From NCBI GenBank assembly GCA_010909165.1, contig MU008163.1, positions 930,001 through 994,000 of the forward strand: DNA of 64,000 nt, given 5' to 3'. The first letter of the stretch is position 1. Every line of letters begins with the position of its first letter. Below the pieces are notes generated by a model. That model worked only from the letters and a program-made list of their open reading frames with translations. It was not told the origin of the DNA and did no database searches. The DNA comes from Anthoceros angustus. Its lineage: Eukaryota; Plantae; Anthocerotophyta. The translations under genes and the position numbers were made by a program. This document shows positions 36,590-49,510 of this stretch, in pieces.

Positions 36590-37389
36590 GTGCAGAAAGA
36601 ACAACATGTTGCTGTGAGTAGTTATCCTAACCATAGTGTGGAAGTAGGCAAACAGAGAGGTTTGGTAGTGATTGTGAGCATGGAAGAGGATAGACCTGGA
36701 GGAGCTGTAGACCTTGGGCGACCTCAAGCTCTTTTTGAGCCTTTGGCATTTCGTACTAAGATATTAGTGGACTGTTCTGAGGATGTCAAAGCAAGTTTTA
36801 GGAGCATTGCCAGACAAACTGCCCTAGTTGATGACGATTGCTTTATGTGTTGCATCAATGCTCATGGGGGGATTGAAGAAGATGGTAGACAGTACATTCT
36901 CACAAGTGGAGCACGCCGGGAGAAGCTATATGTTGATGATGATATCTTGAAGCCCATCTCTGAATCCACGGGGCTGAGAGACAAGCCCAAGGTATTTCTA
37001 ATCAATGCTTGTAGAGGCACAGGTAGCCTTATCACAAGAGAAAGCTGAGGACTCTGAAGTTGAGAGTAGCCAAATTGTGAGCAAGAGAGTCGGAGAAGTC
37101 CAACTCCTGCATTCTGAGAAGGATTGTCTCATCTTCCTCTTGACGAGTCATGGACAACAATCCTTCAAAGATACCGAGAAACACACACACTTTATCACAA
37201 CTATGATGAACACGATCACTAAAGGGGTCTCGAAAAAGGGATGATGTGTACAGCATTTTAACATTAGTGATTGCCGAGGTCACGGAGATAGAAGTCAGGC
37301 TCCCAAGCGAAGCAGGAAGGCGCTCTAAGAAGAGATCCCAGTGTCCAGAGTTGTACTCCATACTCACAAGAAAGCTTTGCTGGTCTTAA
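36590..37389 (+). CDS. Caspase-like cysteine protease domain (peptidase C14, p20+p10), with two frameshifts as assembled
   Basis: RGLVVIVS, DRPGGAVD, LFEPLAF, DCFMCCINAHG (His codon 36863), KPKVFLINACRG (Cys codon 37010). p10-like DCLIFLLTSHGQQSFKDTEKHTHFITTM and C-terminal QCPELYSILTRKLCW*. Confidence 0.82.
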
Positions 37390-39787
37390 CCATAAGTTCA
37401 CTTACCTGGCCAGCGGGAGTTTGGTGTGGCCATGTTCCTTCATCAGTAACCAGACAGTAATGGAATCATCGTTCCCAACAAGATACTGTTGGTGCAGCAA
37501 ACTGCTTCTAATACGGTCTTGTCATTTGTCCTTTTCTGCTCATTTCTTCTTTAGGCTCGCATACAATTTGGAGGAGAAATGACTCCTTCTGTGGATGAAC
37601 CTGTAGGTGAGAGCTCATGGACTTTAGGGAGGAAAGAACGAGGGAGTTGTGGAGCTGTAGCTATACTCTTTGGTTTCAAAAAGCAAGTCCAGATTTAAGC
37701 GTTTCTTTGACTTCTAGTCCTTTTGCATTCGAGATGTGTGTTCCATTTTCCTGAGCAGCCCAGGCTGGGACAGGATGTCCCTCACTGAAATCGCGTATGA
37801 GGCTTGCCTTTCTTTCCCGATGACAAAAGACAAAGCGCGAACAGTAGCTCACAGTAGCTGGTGCCAAACCCTCGTCTCCGCTATTAGGCTATGGCATTTT
37901 CGCTGTTAAAATTTGGATTAGGTTACTTTTCATGCATCGATGACACAAACATTTCGTAAGTTTTGTCGTCCTTCCAGTGGCGGCAGCAGTATCTCGCCGT
38001 TTCTAGGACTTTGAATAGCGGTTCCGCTTAACAATAGCAAATGGCGACGTCCAGGCTGTGGGGACGTGCTTTGCGCTGCTGAAGCTTCCGCTGGATAACA
38101 CTTACCTATATCTGGAATCGTTTGTGCTAAAATTTTACAACCTATTGTCAAAGCTTGATCGAGGTTGGAAGCCAAGATCAATCGCTCCAAAACAGCAGCG
38201 AATCTCTGACGCGATGCCAATGTGTTCCGGAAGCGAGAGCGAGCCACAGAAGCTGTGCACAATTTGTTTAGCATGATTGTGGCCAAAACAACTTACCATA
38301 GAACTTGGTAAGCATCCTGGCACCACCAGCCGGTAGAAGCACCCTAGCGCGGTGCTTCTAGCCTTCGTGGGTTGCATATATGACTATATAATCGCCATGT
38401 CTATCCATGACAATCTTTGTTTATGTTTATATTTATGTTTATCCCTGTCTATATTGCCATGTTTATTCGTGCAAGGTACAATTCTCAATTAGAGTATAGA
38501 GTACTTAGTAGGATTGTACAACAAAAAAATTTATTAATTTTAAATATCTAGAATGGCAATGAAGAAGAAGTCTATTATAATCCACATGTGCATAATTTCC
38601 TCTCATGGGACTTGGTACTTAACAACTTGTACCATGTATCATGGTGCATACCTGAAGAAAAATATTCTGAACAAAAAGAGAACCCTGTAATATGGAGGAA
38701 CGGCTATCACTCTGTGTTTGAGTCACGTCTTTGAGTACTAAGACATGAGTCAAGTGTCCAAGTACTAAGACATGAGTCACGTCTTTGAGTACTAAGACAA
38801 TACTAAAAGGCTAAAAATGGACAGACTCTTCTAATGAGGGCCGAATGCAATATATAAACGACAATGTGTGGGGCATGAGTGGCACAAGAAGATGCCAGCA
38901 CCAAAAACTCCATAGGTGATCATTGTTACAGCTACTTGATCTTACTTCCAAAGCCGATCATTGTTGCATCTACTTGAGAGCTGCATATTACAAGGTGTGG
39001 AATAAGTACAACAAAATGAAATATAGCTTTTGCCTCGACCGTAAATCGCACTGAATATGAGTACACACAACTTCGATCACCCCGCTATCGAAGTTGGCTA
39101 CACTTTAAAAATAAAAATTATAAAAAAAATAATTTAATTTTAAGTATCTTGAGTTTAATTCTCAATTAGAGCTCTAAATACCTTCAGAAAAATGTGCACA
39201 ATAAAAAAAGCATCCTGAAACATGGAAGAACACAATTTAGAACCATGAATACCTTGAGAAAAACGTTCACAACAAAAAGTAATCTTTGAAGATAAAGGGA
39301 CGCAAATCATTGAGTCGTGTCTATGGGTATTAAAAGGCAGTTGTAATTAGCTAAAAATGGGCTGACTCTTCTAATGATGAAATGTGGTATATCGACCCCA
39401 ATGTGTGGGGTCATATATGAGTGGCACAAAAAGGCGCCAGCAGGTAACACAATCTTTAGCTGAGCATTGTTGCATAAGCTTAATTTGAGAGCACGAGATT
39501 GCTAGATCCGAAATACCACAACAAAATGACAAATAGCTTTTGCCTGGACCTAAATCACACTCAACACGAGTACACACAAGAACGGGAAAATATTATTATA
39601 AATAAAAGCAGGGCACGAATGCCCATAAGACATGCTAGCGGCAGTCCCCATGTAGCTAAAAATCTGGCCTCCTTATTGACGGGGTGAGCTTTGCTGAGCA
39701 AAGCCATAATTTCTGGCTGCCCAGGGCTGGCTGCTTATTTTGGAAAGCTAGCTTTAGTAGGGTCCAGATTGTTTGAAGAGCTCAAAC

Positions 39788-40395
39788 TCAGCCGGAATTG
39801 GCGAAATTGTAGCCAATTTCGATGACCCCGGTGTCGAGGTCGGCCATTGCGGAGAAAGCGGCCTTTGAGAGGTCGATGGTACTGGAGCAGCCGGCGGACG
39901 ATGGGCAGTAGTCCACAATCCGCACCTTAATCGCCTCCTTGTTGGTGCAGCCCGACTTGCACCACACCCAATAGTAATCGCCGCACACGGCGCCTCCCTT
40001 CCAGAACGTATCGCTTGCTGCCGCAAAGTAGTTGTCGGCCGGGAACTGGCCTTTGTCGTACCCGAAGCATGCCGACGCTGTGACATACAGTCAGTCATTC
40101 CCACTTCCAGGATCGCAAGACTAGCCAATGAGATGCTCACAACTAAGTGCCTAGACGTTAAGCTTGCGGCAGAATGCAGACTGGTGATGCGTCCGAGAAG
40201 TGCAGGATGGATGACAAGCACGTGAAATTCCAACAATTGGGTGCACTTACGGACGTATTCGGTGTAGTATGTTGCTTTGCCGTAAGCTTTCGCGGAGGCG
40301 AGGTGCGCATTGTACAGCACTGCGAGCAGCAGTGCCAGTGCTGCTGCTGCCAATGGCGAGCTCAGCCTCACCTTTGCGTTCACCTTGGAAGCCAT
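39788..40395 (-). CDS. EG45-like / plant natriuretic peptide-like DPBB secreted protein. Exons 40395-40251 and 40077-39788
   Basis: Signal peptide, then GKATYYTEYVPSACFG...AAASDTFWKGGAVCG...VRIVDYCP...TIDLSKAAFSAMAD..GVIEIGY. Clean GT-AG intron and a 144-aa product. Confidence 0.92.
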
Positions 40396-40859
40396 ATGTG
40401 AGAGATCACGAACTGGATGACGTTGGACGATGGCCCAGGCAGCTCTAGCACAGCAGATCAGGATAGCAGATCCCAGGAGATATCGATGTGTGAGCTAGAG
40501 GCGATTGGGAGCTGAATGCAAGCCAGCCTTATGTATATTCACAGTGGTAGAGAGTCTTGAAACCTGTTTACAGTCGAATCGATGCCTAGAGGAAAACGGA
40601 CGTGTTGACGCGGCATCTCTTACTAGACTTCCCACAAGGCGGCATCTCCATGGCAGTCGTCCCATACGCTTGGTGTGTGCATCGGTTCGTATGGCTTCCA
40701 ATTTCTACTTGGCGTGGCCCGGTGAAGTCATTGCATGAGGTTGGCGTGGCCCTGGAAAGTCATTCCATGAGGTTGACGTAGCACTGGCAAGTCATCCCAT
40801 GTTTGCTCTCTGGAAATATGTTAGGATGTCAGCACAGTTTTACGTTTATGGGTCAGGTT

Positions 40860-41380
40860 GATGCTGCGTTGCCCTATGCTTAAGGCTGTGGAGGTGTTTC
40901 AGGGAAGAATGTATCGTTTCAATGTGACATCTTGGAATGGCATGGTCTTGGGGTACCGCCAGATGGGTTATGATGAGGAGGCTGTTGCTGTTGTGGTCAA
41001 GGGTGCAAGACACGGTTCAAGGGTGCAAGACACGGTTCAAGGGTGCAAGAGAAGGGTCAAGTCCCGAATGAGACAACATGTGTTGGTGAGAACCACCGAC
41101 GCAGATGTTAGGGCTTAGGAAACGTGGATGGGATTTGTGGGAAGGAAACATGCTTTTGGATGCGCATGCAAAATGTGGGAGCCTCCAGAAATGAGACAAA
41201 CGCTTGACAGCTCGCCTCTGAAGAGTAATGTGGTTCCAGGGAACACCATGATCTTCGGGTATGCCTCCCAGACCCAAAACCTGAAGGCTGAACAGGAAGC
41301 TCTGGCCCTGTACTCACAGATGCTGCAGGAAGGTGAGGTCATGAATTGCCGCACAAATGCTCTTATGAACATGCCCTGAA
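40860..41380 (+). pseudogene. Degenerate PPR fragments
   Basis: NVTSWNGMVLGYRQMGYDEEA and NTMIFGYA...EALALYSQMLQEG. Confidence 0.6.
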
Positions 41381-42547
41381 AAAATCGGATCGATCCATCC
41401 GACTGTCCCGAATCGCCTGTTTTACTCCACAAAGGTGCAGCGTTCAGGATGAGTCGTCTCAAAGACCAGGTCGTTTCACGGTCTCTCAAGCTCTTAGTTC
41501 TACCGTCTGATTTGTGGGAAGACTTGAAGAACCTCGAGCGCGAGAACTCGAAGTCCGTCCAAAGCGTGCAAAGCGCAGGGCACTGAGGCAGGCGCGAAAG
41601 GCCCAGCCAGGCATGTGCCGGGGGCCAAGTTGGGAAGCATTTGCGGCTTCCGCCAGCTGGGGCTGGCCCTGCAGCTGCAGCGGTCACAAAGGTAGCGGGA
41701 CAGAGGTGGGCCCCACGGTGGAAACCCGACACGGGCAGGCGCCGGACTGTTTCGTCGGGCAAAAGGAGTCGGCTACAGCAAGGCACAAGGATATTGCACA
41801 GCTACCACAGCGGACAGAGCTTGAACTTGGAAGGGAGGATATGTCTTTGATCCGGTCACCCGCGCCTGCGCCCGCGCCAGTGCCAGTGCCAGGGCCAGCT
41901 GCACACGATAAGCCGCACATGGTGACGGACGGTGGATTAAGTCTCTGCCAGGTTGCGGATGCCGTACACGAGCCCGGCCAGAACTGCACGGGCTCCAGTA
42001 CGATGCCAGATGTGTACATATGTACAGACATCCCGCTGGAATGCTTCGAGAGCGCAGACAAATGAGTGCTCCTCTGCATGCGCAAGGGCGGATGGAGCAC
42101 AAATGCTTGGAGAAAGGATGGATACACTTCACGGGCTCGTCGAGCGCATGCAAGTGAATGCTGCCCAGCACGCGCTCGAACACAGTGCGAGTACCGCAGG
42201 AATGTTTGACAAGGATGTATAAGTATAATATGCTCGTGGAGCACACACACATGAATGCTACTCTGCAGAGGTCACTAACTCTCACACACAGATGAAGGCT
42301 CTGCGGAGGCCACAAAACTGCAGCTACCTCACCAGGGACCTGATCTGGGAAGCCTTGTGCGGGCGGTGGCCCGTGATGCCAAGTTGCCAATGCGGATGAA
42401 TAGAAGTAGGGAGCACGAAGCCACGGAGTCTCACCATAGCCCTGGGCACACTGGAATCCATGCTCCAACCTGCTCCCTTATCTGTAACATCTCAAATAAC
42501 GCATCCAATGTGAAGCCATGGTAATGTGATTCCAGACCAACCAGGGT

Positions 42548-44121
42548 CTAGAGCACTGCCACGGCCATGGCTGCCAAACCGGCTCCAAAGAGCACGCCGA
42601 ATGAGGCCCTAACAGAGCCCGCGGCACTGGGGTGGCGGGGTCGGGCAGCCGGAGGAGGGGCGGGGCCTCCTGGGCGCCGGAGGAGGCGCGGTGCTGGCGG
42701 GAGGAGGGACGGAGGGGGTCGTTGTGGGTGGAGGAGTCGAAGTCGGGGAGTGGAGGGAGGAGAGGCTGGAGGAGTGGTGGGAGGAGTGGAAGGTGTGGTG
42801 GGAGGAGAGGCAGGTGGGGTGGAGGAGGAAGGTGGTGGGAGGAGTGGAAGGCGTGGTGGGAGGAGTGGACGGTGCGATGGGAGGAGAGGAAGGTGAGGTG
42901 GGAGGAGTGGAAGGTGCGACGGGAGGAGGAAGGTGCGGTGGGAGGAGATGCTGGGGAAGTCGGGGAGAGGCCGGTGAGGTGGGAGGCGAGGCCGGAGTAG
43001 TCGGAGGTTCAGTTGGCTCCTGGCCTGGGAAGGCGGGGAGATGTGGGAGCCAGAGGCGGGGAAACGGGAGGGAATGGAGAAGGCCCAGGAGTCGACGATG
43101 AAGGAGGAGTGGCGGAATTGAAGGAGGAGTTGCTGGGGGTCAACGGGGTGTTGAAGGAGGTGTTGAAGGAGGAGTTGATGGAGGAGTAGCCGGAGGAGCT
43201 GCAGGAGGAGTTGAAGGAGGCGGACCAGGAGTTGTAGGGGAGTTGAAGGAGGAGTTGCTGGAGTGGAGGGAGGAGAGGCAGGGGCGATGGCGGAGATGCA
43301 AGAGGAGGAACGCCTGCCGGGGAGAAGGAGGAGGGATGAAGTAGTCGGAGGGGGATGAAGTTGTCGGAGGAGGGGTTGAGGTAGTCGGAGGAGGGGATGA
43401 AGTAGTCGGAGGGGGGGATGAAGTTGTCGGAGGAGGGGACGAGGTAGTCGGAGGAGGGGATGAAGTTGTAGGAGGAGGGCTAGCACCTCCGCCGGAAGCC
43501 GCAGCAACAACAGCTGAAAAATGCATCATGGGACAATGTCCGGGCACGCCACAGGTGAAGTAGGTAGTGCCTGCGGCCAGGGTGACGGCGTCATTCCCAG
43601 TATTGTAGGTGGCCGTCGGAGAAGCTACTATGCAGCCCGTGAAATCATCCAGACTCCCCAGGGTAATCACGTCGTGCTGGCCCTTAGTATACTTGAACGC
43701 TACGGGAACCACAACGACCGATCAGGAAAAACAACACAATACAACACAACACAGACGAAGAAGAAAGCCAGCTCCCGTGACAACAACAACACAAAACCCC
43801 CAAACTCCGGAGAGAAAAATGCAATGCAGCTCCCGAGTTGACATCAAAATGCACACAGGCTCAGTAGAAAAAACGCAGTGGTCACAGCAGAACAAAAACA
43901 ACAGCCGTCTGCTCAAACTCACTGATCGTGTCCCCGGCCACGAACGTGGTACTGTCAGCCCAGGTCTGATAATCGCCGAAGCCCCAGGTCCCGTCCCCGC
44001 CGGCCGGGTGGTCGGTGGCGCTGCCGCATTGCAGGAACGCGAGGAGCGTGAGGAGCACGGCTGCCGCCGCTGGCGACGCACTGCCCCTTCCCTGCGTCGT
44101 CCGCGACCTGGAGTCCGCCAT
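42548..44121 (-). CDS. Phytocyanin (uclacyanin-like) with a long Pro/Thr/Ser stalk and GPI signal. Exon 1 44121-43923, exon 2 from 43699
   Basis: Signal peptide, WADSTTFVAGDTI|FKYTKGQHDV...TYFTCGVPGHCPMM with candidate H/C/H/M copper ligands, PPPTTSS repeats and a hydrophobic C-terminus. Frame slips occur inside the repeats. Confidence 0.9.
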
Positions 44122-44759
44122 AGCCACCGCTTCCGTAGCAATGCTAAGACTCGTCGGAGCGTGAAAAGTTTGAGACGGGCGAGACGCGATGTGCTCGCGA
44201 GAAGGGGAGGAGAGAAACGACTCAGGCCGCAGCTCGGCCGCGCCACAATGCGTCTCGAGGAGCTGAGGTTCAGTCTTCATCGGGTTCAGCTGCCGTCGCG
44301 CCGTCTCTCTCTACTGGCCGGAGCCCGCCTCTCTCTTGCCATCGCTGTGGCTGGCTTTCCTGGCCTCTCTTGCTCGGCGCGGGCAACGGCTATCTAATCG
44401 AGCCGTTTCCGTCGGGCTGTTCAAGCGTTCAAGCCTTGCACGACCAGCAGAGCGCATCTCAGTCTCCCAAAGTCATCACAGTGCAGAAACCGTAGATTAG
44501 GCAGAAACCGTACATTAAGCAAATGTGATTGTTAATGCGAACAAAGAACTCAGAGGACAAAAAGAGAAAGCTCTGCTGTGGCTTTCAAAAGGAACATGTG
44601 ACAAGAATGCACATGCCGATGTACCGATGTACCGATGTACCTATGCACAGGAGGAATGCCCTACCGACAACATGAAATTCAAATTGGACTTGCAGTGGAA
44701 TTGTGTGGGGAACAACCTGTTTCATCGGTCATCTATGCTTTCAGGTTTTGATGTTGGAG

Positions 44760-46590
44760 TTGCTGTTGGAGTTGTGTGGGGAACAAAATCCTTGCATGTG
44801 TGCTTCACGGTTTCAATCTGGAGATGGCGTCATCTCCCATACCACAAAAACGTGCACCAGCCCGTCGATGCCTACCCACCAGCTCTGGCCTGGCTGTTTC
44901 CATGCCCCGTTTTCTCTCCTCCTCGTCTGCAGCTTCTGTGCCTCCTCCCACATCTGAGCACTGAGACATATGTTGGACATCAACACATAGGCTGCAGCAT
45001 CCTGGTCATGCAGCTTCAGTGCTTCGTTGAGGGCATGGAGTGGGATCCCACCTTCACGTTGCTCCACTTTTGACAGGCACCCAAAAGTGTGTGCCAGACT
45101 GCGGTGTCGGGGAGTACAGGCATGCTCCTTCCCACCCCTAGAGCCTCGTGGAGGTGGCCTGCATACCCAGGATGTCCACCATGCACGTGTAGTTCTCCAT
45201 GGTGGGAGTGATGCCATACTGCTGGCTCATTGCCTCGAAGTACTCTCGCCCCTTGTCCACACGGCCTGCATGACTGCATACTTTCAGAACGCTAAGAAAT
45301 GTGATGCCTTGGGCTGTATGCTCTGCTCTTGCATTCTGCAATGCAGGGTGAAGACCATTTTGGTGTCCCCTTGCCGGGTGTATCCTGCAATCAGTGCATT
45401 CTAGGCGACCGTGTCTGGTTCAGGCAATCCTTCAAACACCTGCTGTGCACACCATGCTCCCATACATGTTTATCAAACTGATGGCTACAAATGGGTCTGT
45501 ATGAAGCCCCTGTTCTTCGATCTGAACATGCCTTCATCTCGCATGGCTCTGTAAACAAAAAGAGCTTCCTGGCCCATCCCCTGTTGGCAGTATCCCGCCA
45601 TCATGGCATTCCATGTAACCAACGTTTTCCGACCGAGCCGGGCAAACACACCCCGAGCATCCTCGATGCTGCCGCACTTTGCATACATGTTCACCAGGCT
45701 GCACCCTATAACCGCATCAACCAGCAGCCCCTTCGCATCAATCTGAGCATGGAGCTCCTTCCCTGCCTCCAAACCCCCAGCACCCACGCTCGCACACGCC
45801 TGCAGGAGGCTCACAAACATCACAGACGTAGGTGCAGCCGCGCCCTCTTCCTTCATAGCCCTGTAGAGATGAAGTGCTTCTTCACCCCTGCCCTGCTGGG
45901 CATATCCTGCTATCATGGCATCTCATGACACCGCAACTTTCCTACCAAGCCCATCAAAAACTCTCTTACCATCATCCAAGCTGCCACACTGTGCGTACAT
46001 GTCCACCAGGCAATTCACAACAAACAAGTCAGGCTCGACCCCACAAGCCATGACATCAGCATGCACCTGCCGCCCCCACACTCGACCTGCGCATCTGACG
46101 ATACAAGGCTATGCCCTGCTCACCTTGCCCATGTTTAACATGGGCAGAAATTATGGAAGACCACATGAAGACATCTGGCTTAGCCACCACCTTCAACATC
46201 CCACGAGAAGCATACATCCGATCCATGCCCCTTCTCCACTGCCAGAGCATGCACCCGGCGACCCAGAACCAGCTCCCTCTTCTCCCACACAGTTTCTCAG
46301 GACAGCGTAGAGAAGAGACTGCGAAACAAGACATCCAGTCTGCACCAGGGCTCCCAGAGCCTCAACAGCCACACAAACGTGCCCTTGCTCGCAGAATTCG
46401 CTCACTGCCTTGCCCGCAATTTGTGTTTGCGGGGTACAGAACAGCGGTTGGCCCAAGAGGCAGTGTGAATGAAGTGCACTGCTCCGGGCAGCCAAGGTGG
46501 GCACGGGAATGCGCCAAGCATGTGCAGGCAAGCCCGAACTCACAACCCAACTTCAACCCTCCAGCTGGGCCCATACTGCCCATCTCCGCA
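44760..46590 (-). pseudogene. PLS/E-class PPR gene, copy 3 (more diverged, with deletions and frameshifts)
   Basis: Colinear with copies 1 and 2, e.g. GLEAGKELHAQIDAKGLLVDAVIGCSLVNMYAKCGSIEDAR and WHTLLGACQKWSN. Confidence 0.88.
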
Positions 46591-47005
46591 TGCACTAGGA
46601 CAGAGTTTTCAATTTCCTCGAGTTTCATGTCACCCGACAAGATAGAAGCTCGTTTGACAAGCTGGAAGTTCGTGGCCTGCGGCATGCACATCCAATCCGA
46701 TACCCCAAAACCCAAGGCCATGAGGACGGCCCGTAGGACCACCTCATCACGACGAACGAACGTCTTCCGGTTTTCAACGGGACATCCACTTTATCTACGG
46801 ACAAACATGCCGCATGCCTCTTCCTCACCGTGCGGTGCTGGCATAGCGCCAACGGCCTGCGTAGGAACTCAAATAATTTTATCCTTTATAACTAACATTA
46901 TTGCATGAGATCGCGCATTTGGTGGAGATTTATTATTGTAGAGTTTATTTATGCTAAGATCTTTTTATCTCTTGTTTGGAGATTTTGACTACGTCCTAGG
47001 CTGAG

Positions 47006-47236
47006 GAGGCTAAGGTGCATACCCAGGATCAAGCAGGTTTTCGTCCTGGTCGAAATACTTTAGGAAGCTAAGGTGCATGCCCAGATCAAGCAGGTTTTCG
47101 TCCTGGTCGAAATACTTTAGGAAGCTAAGGTGCATGCCTAGGATCAAGCAGGTTTTCGTCCGGGCCAAAATACTCTAGGAAGCTAAGGTGCATGCCTAGG
47201 ATCAAGCAGGTTTTCATCCTGGTCGAAATACTTTAG
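47006..47236 (+). repeat. 58-bp tandem repeat x4 derived from LINE RT coding sequence
   Basis: Unit GAAGCTAAGGTGCATGCCTAGGATCAAGCAGGTTTTCGTCCTGGTCGAAATACTTTAG starts at 47006, 47064, 47121 and 47179. It translates to DQAGFRPGRNTL. Confidence 0.92.
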
Positions 47237-47680
47237 ACAATACTTTTACTCTCAGGACTATTATTAATGAGGCTCCACACCATAAGAAACATGTCTACTG
47301 CTGTTTTGTGCATTTTAAGAGGGCTTTCAACTCTGTGCCTTGGGATAAGCTGTTTGGCAGACTGAAATCTCTCTTTGAAGATGCCTTCACATTTGTGGCA
47401 TGCTGCTATTTTATAGGAGGGTTTATGCTCGAATCCACACTCCCCGTGGTTTGTCTACCCACCAAATTCCTATTCAGCTTGGTGTCCATGAGAGTGACCC
47501 TTTGTCCCCAAATCTTTTGAGACTGTATATTGATGAGATCAAAGAGTGGCTTCTACAATCTAGTGATCCTAGTGCTCGCCTGTTCCGCGAGAATATTTTT
47601 ATCCTCTTATATGCTGCTGATGATATTGTTCTTTTCTCACATACCCCGGAGGACACGGCCCACCATCTCAGAAACAACCT
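47006..47680 (+). mobile_element. LINE reverse transcriptase fragment, N-terminal part through the YADD-like motif
   Basis: QAGFRPGR, CCFVHFKRAFNSVPWDKL, GVHESDPLSPNLLRLYID, ILLYAADDIVLFS. Confidence 0.82.
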
Positions 47681-48299
47681 CCGATACTGTGTTGCCATCA
47701 GGACAAGAAGGAGCAGGGGGATCACTAACCCCCATGAGGTTTTTACTTATAAGCTTCTCCAAATATGTAGGTAAAACTTGTTCTGTTGAAGTGAAATGAT
47801 TTTCCAAATTTATGGATTTCTCCTCTATAGTTTGTGAAAAAACGTCATTTTATAACCCTTGCTGCACCAACCTTTCTGAGAGTCTTCCAACCTGATCGTC
47901 TAAATTTTCTAATGATAACATCATGACTATTAAATCTCTTATCGATAAGATCATCCATTACGGAATTGAACTCATCTCCCTCGTCCTCCCTGCCCTCCTC
48001 ATCTCCCTCGTCCTCCGAGTCCGATGCTAAAGATTGGTGCTTAGCCAAAAGAGACTCATATTTTTCCTTAAAGGAAATATTCTCTGCTTCAATATTACGT
48101 ACTCTAGTCTCCAATATAGATACCCTATTAGCTTTATATTTGTCCTCAATACTGCGTAATATAGTCTCCAATATTGATACCTTGTTGTCTACATATTTAA
48201 CTGTTTTACGCTTAGCGACAATGGAAGCCATAACCTCAAAAAATCAACAAAAATAAAAATAACCGCGACCTCCTCCACCCCATGCTCACCGCAATATCA

Positions 48300-48610
48300 A
48301 CCTTAGCACCCCATGCTCAATGCAACAGAGCCACATAGGCCACCACAAAGCAAGCTCTGAACCCCTAGGACATGCCCCACTGCACACCGCACCGCACTGC
48401 TCCGCATACCACACACCACATACCGCAACGCTCCGCAAACTGCACACCGCACCGCACACTGCACACCGCACCGCACACTGCACACCGCACCGATCCGCAC
48501 ACCACAACCACACATCGCAACGCTCCGCACACCGCACTGCATTGCTCCGCACACTGTACACCACAACGCTCCGTACACCGCACACCACGCACGCACCGCT
48601 CCACATACCG
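48300..48610. repeat. Low-complexity (CACACCG/CAC)-rich tract
   Basis: Repeated cacaccgcaccgcacactg. Confidence 0.8.
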
Positions 48611-49510
48611 CGAAGTCTTAATACCCTTCTTCAAGTCAGATATGTGTATATACCCTTCCTGACCAGCCAATGGTGAATAATTTCTTAGATCTTGTGCTTA
48701 CGGTGCGGTATGTATGTTCCTGCTTCCCGACCAGCCAAGGCTCGGAGAGGCTATAGGCTAAAGAGAGATTCTTAACTAAGAAGCTTTCAATCTACCTCGT
48801 ATTCTTCGCCTAGGAAAGTGTTAAACTACGTAAGAAATATGAATATATTTTTTAGAGAAAAATAAAAATTATGTAATTAAGAACTACAAAACATGTGCAA
48901 CACGAGAAGCATAAGCATCAGATAGGGCAGTAAACTACCCTAAGATTCAAAAGAGCTACAATAGGTAGACAAAAAGCCACGAAAGACAGGCAAAAAGACG
49001 GAACCTGCTTTTCGTGGTAGATGTGATATTTCGTCTCTTTTACATAAAGTGTGCACGTTTCTTTTTTGTAAGGAACATATATAGCTCACAAATATGAAGA
49101 CTATGGAATCATAATATAACACTAGTGTAAGAACAAGAATCATATGAGTACTTTAAATCTTTCTTCTTCTTCTTCAATAACGGGATTAGAAAAATAATCT
49201 TCCTTAATATTTAAGATAACTTATGCAAACTTGAATTTATGGTATAATCTTATACTCTAACTCCTTATATATTACTATTTTTATTTTTAATGTTACAAAC
49301 ATTACATCACAAACAATCAAGAAACTGTCTCTCCTCTCATTAATACAAGCATTTCAAAAAATAACCTAAATACTTTAAAATGATTTACCATCTATAATAA
49401 ATGTAAAATATTATCATTATATGATAATTTAATATTTCACCTGACATTACTTGAGTATACGGTTGTTGTCTGTTCACATATCCTGACGGATGAGGGGTCT
49501 GTTTCTCCTA

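Noticed and set aside
39070-39110. Short inverted similarity to the EG45 C-terminus (AIEVGY vs VIEIGY)
   Set aside because: Too short to distinguish from chance.
41115-42468. Several overlapping 180-230 aa ORFs
   Set aside because: GC-rich sequence is open in many frames and no domain was recognised.
42567-43101. Gly/Glu/Trp-rich plus-strand ORFs
   Set aside because: These are antisense shadows of the phytocyanin repeat stalk.
47006-47236. Regular repeat array next to a reverse transcriptase (CRISPR- or retron-like system)
   Set aside because: The units are contiguous with no unique spacers and are themselves RT coding sequence (QAGFRPGR). The context is eukaryotic.
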